Below are positions 19,420 to 29,111 of a stretch of DNA of 64,000 nt, piece by piece; position 1 is the first letter of the stretch; every line of letters starts with the position of its first letter. Made by a program: the position numbers and the translations under genes. The stretch is from IMG/VR virus record IMGVR_UViG_3300009506_000019, positions 32,001-96,000 of that record. One strand, 5' to 3'. The notes under the pieces are model-generated. The model was given only the letters and a program-made list of their open reading frames with translations. It did not search any database and was not told the DNA's origin. Origin of the DNA: a virus.

Positions 19420-22049
19420 GCTGCAAGCCTCTTGTGTAACGAACCTAAATCAGAGAAGGTAGAACAATCAGTAATGCGGAGATGAGAGCTGCCTGGATCG
19501 ATATGAAGCTTGGCATTCACCTGAAAATCTGATACACCACCACGCCTCTTACCTATGATGACCTTCCGATTCCCTTTGGCTTCGCCATCTTCCGCAATCT
19601 TCTTTTTGCTCTTTACTTCAATATAAACAAAGTTGTCACAATCCTGAATAATCTGATACGAGCCAGCGATTTTATGCTGACCCTGTGCCATCTTATCACG
19701 ATTGAGCTGTGCAATGATAATGGCTGGCAGGCCCATGTCACCGACCACCCGATTAATGATCATCTTCGATGCGTGACCAATAACCTGTTCTCTACTCCAT
19801 CTTTCCTGACCAGGTGCCGTGGTAATGAGCTGGATGTAATCCCAAATTACCGCCTGAATACCATACTTCCACCGATACTCATCAATGATGGCGATAATTT
19901 CATCAATGTGGCCATATGCTGGTTTTGCACAATAGTATCCGGATTTTGCTATCTTCTCACGTGCTTTCCGGATCTCCTCTGCTTCTTTTTGGCTCAAAAG
20001 GCCAGACTGCATTCTACTGTTGTCGATACCAGTCATGATCGATGCAAGACGCATCGTATTATCACGACTGTACATCTCTTGGCCAATCCACAGTGTCTTT
20101 ACTTCAGCATCTACAGCCAGACACTTGAGAATGTTCATGCCAAGCAATGATTTTCCAGATCCAGAATCACCACCTATGACAGTGTAGTGCCGCTGGATTC
20201 CTCCAAGCACCAAATCAACAGACGGCATGTGGTGAAAGCTGTGTCCAATGATTAAGTTACCACCTGACTTGCTGCGTTCTTTGACCTCGTTGTAAAACTC
20301 GTCTGCCAACTCTTGTGGTGTGCGAGCCTGGGGACGAGCAGACGATGACGTAGAAATGAGCTGGCTACGGTGTGTCTCTACTATCTCCACAAAATCCTGT
20401 GATAGATCACGCGATGCTGTAATGAGACCACTAGCCTGCTCGGAAGCAGAACGCCTACGCCACATGTCCAATACTATCTCTGACGCAGCAATCTCGGTGT
20501 ACTTCAAAGAAAGGTCAAACATCTGCGCCACAACAGTAGGCAGCTCTGGATTTGGATGTTGAGCCATGGCCTCATCCAACACTGCCTGTGGCGTATAATT
20601 ATCACCGTACTTGTCTGCGGCATCGATGCAGGCATTGTATAATCGTCTATAATGCGAAATGGTAAATGCTCTCTCTATAATACCAGCAGCTCTTGCAGCA
20701 GCTAAAGCAGATGGATTCTCCATACACATGACCACGAGCGCTCTCTCAGCTTCAGTATTGAATAATTCACTGAATTGCGCTTTAATCTCAGCCACATAAT
20801 CAATCACAGCTTCTTTGGTGCTGTTGATCAACTTGGCCAAGTAATCTGCAGCCATGTCCAACTGAATTCCTGATGCCTTGGTCAGGAAATCACGAAGGTC
20901 TGTGAACAGAGTCTCTTTTTCTGTGTATGATAGGGTTCCGTCTGCTGAACCAGTAAATTTCGTGCGGATGTAATGTTCGACCGGAAGCTCTGTCTTACTG
21001 AGCATGGCATATACTGCTTCATCGCCACCCTCTTTCCACACATCGTGTGGGTCCATATCTACTTCTGGTCGCGCTACCAGTATCAGAGCCTCACCAATAC
21101 GACGTGGCTTACTGACCAATTCGAGTGATTTCAACCACCCAGATTGATCACCATCATAACAAGCTATGATCTTTTTCAGCTTGAATTCAGAAAGAAACTC
21201 TATCTGCTTATCTGTAATAGCTGCGGTCATACAGCCAGCAGCCTTCAATGCAATGGAATCTCGAAATCCCTCCACCACTACCAGCGTGCCATCGTTTGTG
21301 CGGATATTCTTACGAGCAACATGCATTCCATACATAACAGTTGGGTCATGTAATGGGTGCGTAGATTTGTTGCCCATATATGGAGCTTTGTCCCCACCAA
21401 GCTGCTTGGTGTAAAATCCAATGACCTCTGACTTGTGGTTGTGAATCGGATAGATTATGGCGTTGTTGAACAAATCTTTACGATAGAACTCGAGCTTCTC
21501 AATATCTTCTTGTGAGAGCGCTATTTGCTTCGATAAATGAGCAACCAGCACATCTTTGTCTGGACAGTAGCCGACCTGGTATGGAGCAATTTGATCAAGA
21601 GTGAATCCAGACCGAGACATGTAATCGTCACGAATCTGAATGTTCTCTCTCAGCAGTTGATGCATATATTCTGCTGCAAGATTGTTGATTTGTACGTACC
21701 GAGATCTTGCTATTTCTTCTGGTGAGGGGTCTTTGTAGAATGGTGTGAGGTCGAGCTTGAATCTATCTGCGACGTGTTGGACGGACTCAATGAAAGAGAG
21801 ATTGTGCCAGAGCTGCGCCCAGGCAAATATGTCTCCGCTATGTTGCTCCCCTCCCCAATCCTTGAATCGATTTCCACTAACTTTGAAGGAGGGATTGTCT
21901 TCGTCGCGGAACGGAGACGTACAGACGTAAGTATTATTTGATTCTTCTTTCCATTCGACATCGCCCACATCCTCATCGATTACCTGCATTAGGTCAGAGT
22001 TTTCTCTGACGTATTCCTTAGCTCCCTGTAGGTTGCTGAATTTTCTCAT
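19416..22049 (-). CDS. Fused DnaG-type primase and DnaB-type helicase
   Basis: IIYPI, TOPRIM VVEGFRD and YDGDQSG; helicase GGDSGSGKS, IWDYIQL, IAQLNR, IIQDCD, KRR. Confidence 0.92.
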   Translation of the reverse strand: MRKFSNLQGAKEYVRENSDLMQVIDEDVGDVEWKEESNNTYVCTSPFRDEDNPSFKVSGNRFKDWGGEQHSGDIFAWAQLWHNLSFIESVQHVADRFKLDLTPFYKDPSPEEIARSRYVQINNLAAEYMHQLLRENIQIRDDYMSRSGFTLDQIAPYQVGYCPDKDVLVAHLSKQIALSQEDIEKLEFYRKDLFNNAIIYPIHNHKSEVIGFYTKQLGGDKAPYMGNKSTHPLHDPTVMYGMHVARKNIRTNDGTLVVVEGFRDSIALKAAGCMTAAITDKQIEFLSEFKLKKIIACYDGDQSGWLKSLELVSKPRRIGEALILVARPEVDMDPHDVWKEGGDEAVYAMLSKTELPVEHYIRTKFTGSADGTLSYTEKETLFTDLRDFLTKASGIQLDMAADYLAKLINSTKEAVIDYVAEIKAQFSELFNTEAERALVVMCMENPSALAAARAAGIIERAFTISHYRRLYNACIDAADKYGDNYTPQAVLDEAMAQHPNPELPTVVAQMFDLSLKYTEIAASEIVLDMWRRRSASEQASGLITASRDLSQDFVEIVETHRSQLISTSSSARPQARTPQELADEFYNEVKERSKSGGNLIIGHSFHHMPSVDLVLGGIQRHYTVIGGDSGSGKSLLGMNILKCLAVDAEVKTLWIGQEMYSRDNTMRLASIMTGIDNSRMQSGLLSQKEAEEIRKAREKIAKSGYYCAKPAYGHIDEIIAIIDEYRWKYGIQAVIWDYIQLITTAPGQERWSREQVIGHASKMIINRVVGDMGLPAIIIAQLNRDKMAQGQHKIAGSYQIIQDCDNFVYIEVKSKKKIAEDGEAKGNRKVIIGKRRGGVSDFQVNAKLHIDPGSSHLRITDCSTFSDLGSLHKRLAA

Positions 22050-22855
22050 GATAGCTTCACCTTATCGAACTCTGCTCTATTCTCTTCACCCACAGCAGCT
22101 TTTTCTTCCACTTTATCCCAATCAATCTCCTCACCGACAGTAACCATTTCCTTCATTTTGCTGATTACAAGCTCAGAATATGCATCCAATTCGCTGAGTT
22201 CATCAAGCTCAACTTTTTGAAACGCACGCTCTTTATTTATTATGCCACGAAGGTAATCAGTGGAGTGCTGTCGTATGTTGAAAACTTTGTCCATACATTC
22301 TTGGACGAAACTGAGACTACAATCCCTCGTAAATTCGAAGATGTGGTAAAGAGAAGTGAAGTTGAAATCTGCAACCAACCAACTGGTCACCAATTCATAC
22401 ATCTCTGTATAAGCTGGTTCTAATTGATCAATGTGATGGGGATATACTGCTAGCTTTGAACGAGGAAATTGAATCATCTCTTTCCAAAACTCGACATCAT
22501 CAAACACAGCCAGCTTAAACCAATCAATGTCCTTGCGGCGAGCAGCTCCGGACGCAATAGTGCCACGCTCCCATTCCGGTGGTGCGGTACCTTTTTTGGG
22601 TTTTGCTTTAAATTGGGTTGAAGTACGACGAAGTATGCCCTGAAATATCTGATCTGTGTGTTGGTAGTATGCAGCCTTTTCCCAATGAATGCGATTATAC
22701 TGTCCCCTCAATCTATCTACCCATGCCGTCAGACTCTCAGTACCACGATGTGAGAAACACATCTCATACACATTGTCACGCAGCTGGCGTGCACCACTGC
22801 TCATAGTGAGATTAAATGGTGGGCTGTTCAACAGCTGCGCAATGTGGCTATCCAT
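22046..22855 (-). CDS. Hypothetical replication protein, possible DnaD-like domain
   Basis: Coupled upstream of primase-helicase; FVQECMDKV...STDYLRGIIN resembles the DnaD YxxxIL motif. Confidence 0.45.
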   Translation of the reverse strand: MDSHIAQLLNSPPFNLTMSSGARQLRDNVYEMCFSHRGTESLTAWVDRLRGQYNRIHWEKAAYYQHTDQIFQGILRRTSTQFKAKPKKGTAPPEWERGTIASGAARRKDIDWFKLAVFDDVEFWKEMIQFPRSKLAVYPHHIDQLEPAYTEMYELVTSWLVADFNFTSLYHIFEFTRDCSLSFVQECMDKVFNIRQHSTDYLRGIINKERAFQKVELDELSELDAYSELVISKMKEMVTVGEEIDWDKVEEKAAVGEENRAEFDKVKLS

Positions 22856-23084
22856 CTATCTTTTTCTGTGCCCAAAAAGGTGGTCTGCTATAAATCTCCT
22901 CATCAGAGGACGGCTGCGGTGGTTTTAGTAGTTTCTTCTTTTCGACTGGAATGGTGGTCTGCGCAACAGCATCGAGTATCAATCGTGATACCCACTGGCT
23001 GGCCTGCAGATCGTGCTCACGACAAAATCCCATCATCTTCTGATGAACATCATCAGAAAGATGAATGACCTTACCACCAGACAT
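22848..23084 (-). CDS. Ribbon-helix-helix protein
   Basis: KVIHLSDDVHQKMMGFCREHDLQASQWVSRLI. Confidence 0.65.
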   Translation of the reverse strand: MSGGKVIHLSDDVHQKMMGFCREHDLQASQWVSRLILDAVAQTTIPVEKKKLLKPPQPSSDEEIYSRPPFWAQKKIDG

Positions 23085-23130
23085 TTTACCTCCGATGAAC
23101 CTTCTATAGTTGGCTTTGCTTAAAAGTTAA

Positions 23131-23520
23131 CTATAGTTCCACCATCCAACGAGGGTTGAATGGAATGTCGGTCATTTGAATTTCTTGAGTTCTATGAACG
23201 TAATAAGATCTGGTGCCGTTTCTTGCTAAATCATGCGCAAAAAACAACAAACCAAATCTACCTTGACGAAACGAATAGGGCTCAGCCAACCGCCAGACAT
23301 TGGAATACAAAATTTTGACCAAAACTCTTTTTCTTGCTGCCCTACGAATAAGAGTGACAATCTCGGCCTCTTGAAGATAGGTAGCTCGCTCTACTGGCTT
23401 TTTCAGCTCTTCTACTTCAGTGGTTTCTTCCTCTGGTAGCGGCTCTTTTTGAAAGAATGGTAGCTTGGGAAGCTTCAGCTTCCGCACAACCGACTTGATT
23501 CGTTCAAATAGGCCAGCCAT
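23131..23520 (-). CDS. Stand-alone WYL-domain protein
   Basis: VKILYS...RLAEPYSF...FFAHDLARNGTRSYYVHR. Confidence 0.75.
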   Translation of the reverse strand: MAGLFERIKSVVRKLKLPKLPFFQKEPLPEEETTEVEELKKPVERATYLQEAEIVTLIRRAARKRVLVKILYSNVWRLAEPYSFRQGRFGLLFFAHDLARNGTRSYYVHRTQEIQMTDIPFNPRWMVEL

Positions 23521-24137
23521 TATGCCGCCTCTCTTCTTCCATCTGCATAGATATAATGCGTAATTTGTTTTTCCTTGGATTTGACGTTTCGCACTGGAAG
23601 CTGACCAAACCTATGGATATAGTCTTCCTTCCAGTTCCAAATCGACTGGTACGTTCTACCAAGATAATATGGCCTATACACAATGAGCGAATGTGGTAAA
23701 TCTGAAGTTGTGCCGTAGTTGCCTTTTTTATCGGGGTGTGGCAACCAGAATTTGAGCCTACCGCTAACATGACGAACCTCAGCCGCCTTGTCCCAGACCC
23801 AATCGCTCCAATATTTTACATCCGTGCATGTGTGCACTAAAGCAGTAACCGTGATGCCTTTTTGACTCTCGAGCCAACACTTCTCCAAAAACAATGGTAC
23901 CATACCACGACTATATGGTGGATTCAACCATACACTAATACCCATCTTGTGCCAAATCTGCGCAAGAGAGTTCTGTTCTTTAGTTATGTAGGTGTCACAC
24001 TTCGTATTGAACGCAGCAGCTGCCGCGTCAAAAGCGTAGCGAAACTCGTAATCGCAAATCTGAAAGAAGTCTGGACAGGTCTCGTAATATTCCTTGCCCC
24101 CGCCAGGCGTTCTATCTTTCCCCTTCTGGTGTCCCAT
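23520..24137 (-). CDS. dam: Phage DNA N6-adenine methyltransferase (Dam family)
   Basis: ETCP, FDAAA..FNTKC, NSL...W, VWLNPPYS, GRLKF. Confidence 0.88.
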   Translation of the reverse strand: MGHQKGKDRTPGGGKEYYETCPDFFQICDYEFRYAFDAAAAAFNTKCDTYITKEQNSLAQIWHKMGISVWLNPPYSRGMVPLFLEKCWLESQKGITVTALVHTCTDVKYWSDWVWDKAAEVRHVSGRLKFWLPHPDKKGNYGTTSDLPHSLIVYRPYYLGRTYQSIWNWKEDYIHRFGQLPVRNVKSKEKQITHYIYADGRREAA

Positions 24138-24939
24138 CGATGACCCTCAAATTCTGATTGCCACCACATCTCCAACATGTACCTACTTCATCAGAGGCGG
24201 CAACAAATCGCGCACCACACATACAAGTACGCTTTACGTTTAATGGCATCTCGGATATGTCCATCTCTGATGCTCCACCATGTCCATTCTGACACGTCCA
24301 ACCACCAGGAGTTTGATACTGCTGATCACCACAAACAGAACAATACCGTTCTTCCCTTCCAAACGTCACTGGTCCTGGACCTTGTAGCATATGGGCTGGA
24401 ATACCTGTGTGATATTCTTTATCTTTAAACGACCGACTTGCTACAGCACCAACTGAATTGTTGTATTTTCCTTCGTACAATCGATCAATGGTGCCTTCCA
24501 AAGTGTCGAAGTATATCTGGCAGATTCGTGTATCTCGATAGACTTTGACGGGTCTGACGACAACGATCTCAAGAGTCCATTGACTGATGAAACCCACGTC
24601 GCCAAAGCCAGCGGTGAGATGGACGAGGATTCCAAGACGTGCCATCGAACTTCGACCTTCAATGCAAGGCACGTACGATTTTGAACCCGCGACTTCGACG
24701 GTGTGACCGAGATATAGGGTACCGGGAAGCAAAATGAATCCATCTTGGGCATCGATTTCGAAAACCTCAGTTGGAGTCTCTTTTCTGACATCGAGTAGCT
24801 CCCCTTTATAAACGCGCAACTCTGACCCAAGAGTTAAATCGTATGAGTTGGGACCAAGATGATCAGAATTGAATGGGTCGATAACAATATGACCGGCCTC
24901 TACTTCATTCTGAATTCGAAGTCCTGTAAGCTTGGCCAT
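24112..24939 (-). CDS. dcd: dCTP deaminase with C-terminal double zinc-ribbon extension
   Basis: GPNSYDLTL, EGRSSMARLG, AGFGDVGF, WTLEI, ICQIYF, YEGKY. Confidence 0.92.
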   Translation of the reverse strand: MAKLTGLRIQNEVEAGHIVIDPFNSDHLGPNSYDLTLGSELRVYKGELLDVRKETPTEVFEIDAQDGFILLPGTLYLGHTVEVAGSKSYVPCIEGRSSMARLGILVHLTAGFGDVGFISQWTLEIVVVRPVKVYRDTRICQIYFDTLEGTIDRLYEGKYNNSVGAVASRSFKDKEYHTGIPAHMLQGPGPVTFGREERYCSVCGDQQYQTPGGWTCQNGHGGASEMDISEMPLNVKRTCMCGARFVAASDEVGTCWRCGGNQNLRVIDGTPEGER

Positions 24940-25133
24940 TAGATAAGCCCCTTCTTCTCCGCAATCCACTCTGTGATTACCAGAGTGCCCTCGTCACCAT
25001 TTTTCCAAACTTCAGAATCATCATCAATCTGTGATTGCGGAATCCAATATTCATCGCCCTCTACGACCACAAGTATCGCATCATCTGTTTCGTGGATACA
25101 TTCTACATCATCATAACTTACCGTTCTTGACAT
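24939..25133 (-). CDS. Small acidic phage protein
   Basis: HETDDAILV...WIPQSQI...ITEWIAEKKGL. Confidence 0.7.
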   Translation of the reverse strand: MSRTVSYDDVECIHETDDAILVVVEGDEYWIPQSQIDDDSEVWKNGDEGTLVITEWIAEKKGLI

Positions 25134-25377
25134 CTTTCAACCCGCCTGTCACATCGACGATCATCATCGCCAGGTTTGCAACGTCAGTAGATTCAATCAC
25201 AACGTTGTCCAGATTGTCTGCATTCAACGCGTCTTGAAGCTCCTGGACCTCTTCTTTCAAATGATTCAAAAGGCCCTGAGGAGTGGCCGTCTTCCACGTA
25301 TCACCACCATACTTTTTCTGCTTGATGGTAATTCGAGTGTCCATAAGTTCTGCGAATGTTTTAACCTCGTTTCTCAT
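25111..25377 (-). CDS. MazG/DUF550-like all-alpha dNTP pyrophosphohydrolase
   Basis: HLKEEVQEL...IESTDVANLAMMI (ExxE...ExxD). Confidence 0.72.
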   Translation of the reverse strand: MRNEVKTFAELMDTRITIKQKKYGGDTWKTATPQGLLNHLKEEVQELQDALNADNLDNVVIESTDVANLAMMIVDVTGGLKDVKNGKL

Positions 25378-26816
25378 CCAATCACCGTGTCCCCATCTTT
25401 GTCGTATTGGTTCTTCCGTAATTGAGCATGCTTCCTCAAAAACGGAACATCGTCAACAAAATCTGTGACCAGACCATACTTCTTACCATTGTCTGATCTA
25501 CAGACTCTTCCCTTCAATTGGCGAGCGTCCTTGGTTGGATATGCAATGGCTATATTGTCCAACGACTTGATATTAAGTCCGTAACTTCCAATGTCAGACA
25601 CTACCAAAAGTTGTTCTTTATTCTGAACATCCTTGAAAACTTGATTTCGTTTTCCTCGAGCTGTGCTGCCCTGGAGCATCACCGGATCGTATCGTCGCAT
25701 TGCTTCACACAATGCTTCCCCATATGCAATCTTTTGATAGAAGACATAACAGCTCATACCACCATCTACCATGGCGGCAGCGTGGTTGGCTATCTGTTCA
25801 ATACGCTCCTCGTTGTCTATTACCTGCTCCTGCACAACGTCTTTGTATTCAAGCCCAGGCTCGTGTTTACCATCCCAATCTGCGAAGTTGGATATCTTAG
25901 GTGTGAGCGGCCTATTGATGATCAATGGTACGGTGACACCAAGCTTGATGAAATCCACCTCTCCACGACTATCGAAAATCTTCTTGCCAAAATGTTGTTC
26001 CATTTCTAGATTCTTGCCCTTCTCCGTAGCATGTGCCCACGCATACGGAGTGGCAGTCATCCCAACAAATCTGGCAGCAGGTAAATTACCATATAGCTTA
26101 TCAACGCTAGCATTATCAGCTTCATGTACCTCGTCATGTATGACCAGTCCAACATTGTCCAACCACTCCCGTAATGGCTCCTCTTTCCATGAAGCTGCTT
26201 TTTTCTTTTGCTTGTCGGACAGACGTAGAATTGTGCCAAGAGATTGCATGGTAGCGATTGTCACATCGCCAAGTTCAAAGTCACCAGATCCAACAATTCC
26301 AACCTGTCCAGGAACTACCTGATCAAAAGCTTCAAACGTCTGGTCGAGTAATGTTCTGCTATTAACAACAATTAGAGTGCGATGCTGGTGTAATTTCACC
26401 ATCAACTGCATCATAATTGTCTTGCCAGTACCAGTTGGACTAGCCACAATAACGTGTGACTCTTTGAATGTAGACTCAGCTGCTTCCACCTGAAATGGGT
26501 ATGGTGTAATGCTACCAAAGTCTATCTTGCCAAGATCAGAAATCTTCTCCGCTTGAGGGCGAAGATCAACTATCTCATATGGGATGTTGTCTCTTTGCAA
26601 TCGAAGACCAACACGCCAGACCAATCCGGTACGAAATTCCTGCTTCGGCATGTTGAAGAGATAGTTATATCCATCCCATCTCTTGTTTTTGAAATACCAA
26701 GTATGCTGATATCCAGCCGGATGGTAGCGCAGATCATTATTGAGCCGCGTGCAGACCTCTGCTGGTAGTGTGGGCTCAATCCGCGAAAAAACTCTATCTA
26801 CGACAATTTTGTGCAT
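25374..26816 (-). CDS. SF2 helicase (UvsW-like)
   Basis: PYPFQ, SPTGTGKT, HDEVH, GMTATP, QLKGRVCR. Confidence 0.9.
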   Translation of the reverse strand: MHKIVVDRVFSRIEPTLPAEVCTRLNNDLRYHPAGYQHTWYFKNKRWDGYNYLFNMPKQEFRTGLVWRVGLRLQRDNIPYEIVDLRPQAEKISDLGKIDFGSITPYPFQVEAAESTFKESHVIVASPTGTGKTIMMQLMVKLHQHRTLIVVNSRTLLDQTFEAFDQVVPGQVGIVGSGDFELGDVTIATMQSLGTILRLSDKQKKKAASWKEEPLREWLDNVGLVIHDEVHEADNASVDKLYGNLPAARFVGMTATPYAWAHATEKGKNLEMEQHFGKKIFDSRGEVDFIKLGVTVPLIINRPLTPKISNFADWDGKHEPGLEYKDVVQEQVIDNEERIEQIANHAAAMVDGGMSCYVFYQKIAYGEALCEAMRRYDPVMLQGSTARGKRNQVFKDVQNKEQLLVVSDIGSYGLNIKSLDNIAIAYPTKDARQLKGRVCRSDNGKKYGLVTDFVDDVPFLRKHAQLRKNQYDKDGDTVIG

Positions 26817-27223
26817 CAGTGGCGCGATTGTCTTGGGTCCGGTACTCCGATTCCAGTCATAATCCGCGATGCTGCTTCATATTGACCACCAACAACCTGC
26901 CAAGTGCGATACAGTATGTCCTTCTTTGCCTCCAAACGCATTTGTGTCTCTTCGTCCCAATTTGGGTCTTTCTTCTTCTTCATAATCTTCTGTTCAGACC
27001 ATGCTGACACGATACAGTTGAATAGCTCGGTCACATAAGCTTGGTTGTTTGAAAAGATACCAAGCAGAGGGACAATCTGCGAGAGTACATCAATCGGACT
27101 GTTTGGGTGATACACTGGAACTTTATGAGCTAGAATAGCAGAACTCAAAAACTGCTGAAGATGATCTGTTGTGATGTCTTTCACATTCAGTATCGTAACC
27201 GGTGGCAGATTAATCATTTCCAA
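26816..27223 (-). CDS. Hypothetical helical protein (possible UvsY-like mediator)
   Basis: 135 aa helical, within recA/SSB/helicase cluster. Confidence 0.4.
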   Translation of the reverse strand: MEMINLPPVTILNVKDITTDHLQQFLSSAILAHKVPVYHPNSPIDVLSQIVPLLGIFSNNQAYVTELFNCIVSAWSEQKIMKKKKDPNWDEETQMRLEAKKDILYRTWQVVGGQYEAASRIMTGIGVPDPRQSRH

Positions 27224-27807
27224 TTCTCCGGATCTGACTCCAACATATCCTTATATTGCCAGACAGCGACACTCACACAATCTGGATAGAAGAATATGAA
27301 ATGCTGCGTCTTACAGCGTTCGAGTCGTTCAGAGATTCGCGATGCGTGGTCATTGAATGCAGCACAGAATGTTGCCATATCGAACCGATTAAAAATCAAC
27401 ATTGGATTCTTGTCGATTGGACACTCTTCTTCTGCCTGTCGCAACCAAGCCCATACTTTCGCCTTCTCTGAGAAAAAGTTATGAAGACCCGTAAAATTGC
27501 TTGGCTGATTCTTCAGCTCAAGATGCCATTTGAAATCAGGGGCGTTGGTACAAATGTCACCAGCCATGTCGAATCCCTCTTTGAGAGCAGAGCCTCCAGA
27601 CATGGGTGTACGTTTGAATTCATAATTGCTCTTGCCCTGATTCCACCAGACAGCAATTTCTTTGGCCTTCTTGTTCTCAAAATTAGCGCCCTTACGGCGA
27701 GCAGCCTTCCCCGCCCTCGACTGTTTTTCTTTCAGCGAGGGGAGGAAGACGTGCCCGCATTCAGGACACTTGGCCCTAACTTGAGACTTTGTTTTTGCCT
27801 CTGTCAT
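27214..27807 (-). CDS. Holliday junction resolvase (PD-(D/E)xK) with N-terminal zinc ribbon
   Basis: RKGANFE, RTPMSGG, AGDI, LELKN, WLRQA. Confidence 0.82.
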   Translation of the reverse strand: MTEAKTKSQVRAKCPECGHVFLPSLKEKQSRAGKAARRKGANFENKKAKEIAVWWNQGKSNYEFKRTPMSGGSALKEGFDMAGDICTNAPDFKWHLELKNQPSNFTGLHNFFSEKAKVWAWLRQAEEECPIDKNPMLIFNRFDMATFCAAFNDHASRISERLERCKTQHFIFFYPDCVSVAVWQYKDMLESDPENWK

Positions 27808-29108
27808 GCTGTTGCTGCTTGTGGCTCCTCCACAATGTTCTCTGGTGGAACCACTGGCTCTCCCTTGGTCATACCAGAACCGTCAATCATGCCCATAGCA
27901 TCAAAGACCTCTGCTCTGATGTCATTCATGACTTCTGGGCGCTCTTTGATCTTGTTGATGAGAGCTGCTTTTCCGTTCTCATTTAGCGGACCAAATGAGA
28001 ACCAGGAGCTTGCTTGTTTGACAACACCGGTACGAATGCCAGTGTCAACATAGTCCTTGACCACATCAACACCACGCATGTACTCGATACCAGCCTCATC
28101 ACGGAAGTTCTCGAAGTACACATCGAAATCGAAATGATAGTTGGTGCTTGGCAATTCTGCAGGAATCGGAGCTGTTTTGTTTTTGACAACCTTTACCCGC
28201 GAATTGACTCCGACGCGTTTTTCTCTGAACACGCCGTCAACACCCTCTACCTTCCTGCGAATTTCTTCGTAGGAAACGACCTCGAACCTGTAGCTCGAGT
28301 AAAACTTCAGAGCGTTTCCACCGGTCTCGATTTCCGATTTCTCCCATCGAGTTGCCATGGGCTTGCCACGAATCTGATTGATGAAGTGCACCAATGAATG
28401 ACCTGTAGCAGCCGCCAGTGACGATGCCTTCTTCACGCCTTCCGACATGAGCTGGGCCGTAGTTGCCTTTTGGCCCTGTCCGACATCATTGATGAACACC
28501 TGCGATGGAACCAGTGCAGGACAGGAATCGAGAATGATGTAGTCCACATCCATCTGCAGACAAAGCATCATCGCATCGAAGAAATCCTCACCAGTCATGA
28601 TCTTCTCTGGCGTACTCTGTACCAGAATCAGATCGTTCGTGTTCATACCGGCACTCTCAGCAAACTGCTTGGAAAACGTACCTTCAGCGTCCAAAAATGC
28701 AACAAGCTTGTTGACCACATTCCCACTATGGTCAATCTTCGTACAACGCTGAATATACGCACCAATTGTCATACAACAGAGAGTCTTACCGGTGCCCTCC
28801 CAACCATGGATATCCATGATTCGGCCACCGATAAGACCTCCATTGCCAACCGCCAAGTCCATTGAAAGAATGCCAGATGGAGTAACCACGATTGGTTTAA
28901 CCGTGGGCTTTTGGGCAACGGCACCACCAAGTTTCTTGTTCAACTCTTCAATGATCTGATCTGCGTTTCCGACTCTGACCAATTGAATGTCTTGAGCCTT
29001 ATCTTTGGCTCTCTTGGAGGACTTCTTCTTTGGTGCCGGTGCTGGTACCGAAGTCGGCTCCTCTTTCGAGGCACTCTTATCCTGTTGTGGTTTCTTTTTG
29101 GTAGCCAT
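27804..29108 (-). CDS. recA: RecA/UvsX recombinase
   Basis: GWEGTGKT, AFLDAE, ILDS.PALVP, FINQIR, TGGNALKFYSSYR, VVKNKTA. Confidence 0.96.
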   Translation of the reverse strand: MATKKKPQQDKSASKEEPTSVPAPAPKKKSSKRAKDKAQDIQLVRVGNADQIIEELNKKLGGAVAQKPTVKPIVVTPSGILSMDLAVGNGGLIGGRIMDIHGWEGTGKTLCCMTIGAYIQRCTKIDHSGNVVNKLVAFLDAEGTFSKQFAESAGMNTNDLILVQSTPEKIMTGEDFFDAMMLCLQMDVDYIILDSCPALVPSQVFINDVGQGQKATTAQLMSEGVKKASSLAAATGHSLVHFINQIRGKPMATRWEKSEIETGGNALKFYSSYRFEVVSYEEIRRKVEGVDGVFREKRVGVNSRVKVVKNKTAPIPAELPSTNYHFDFDVYFENFRDEAGIEYMRGVDVVKDYVDTGIRTGVVKQASSWFSFGPLNENGKAALINKIKERPEVMNDIRAEVFDAMGMIDGSGMTKGEPVVPPENIVEEPQAATA

Positions 29109-29111
29109 GAC

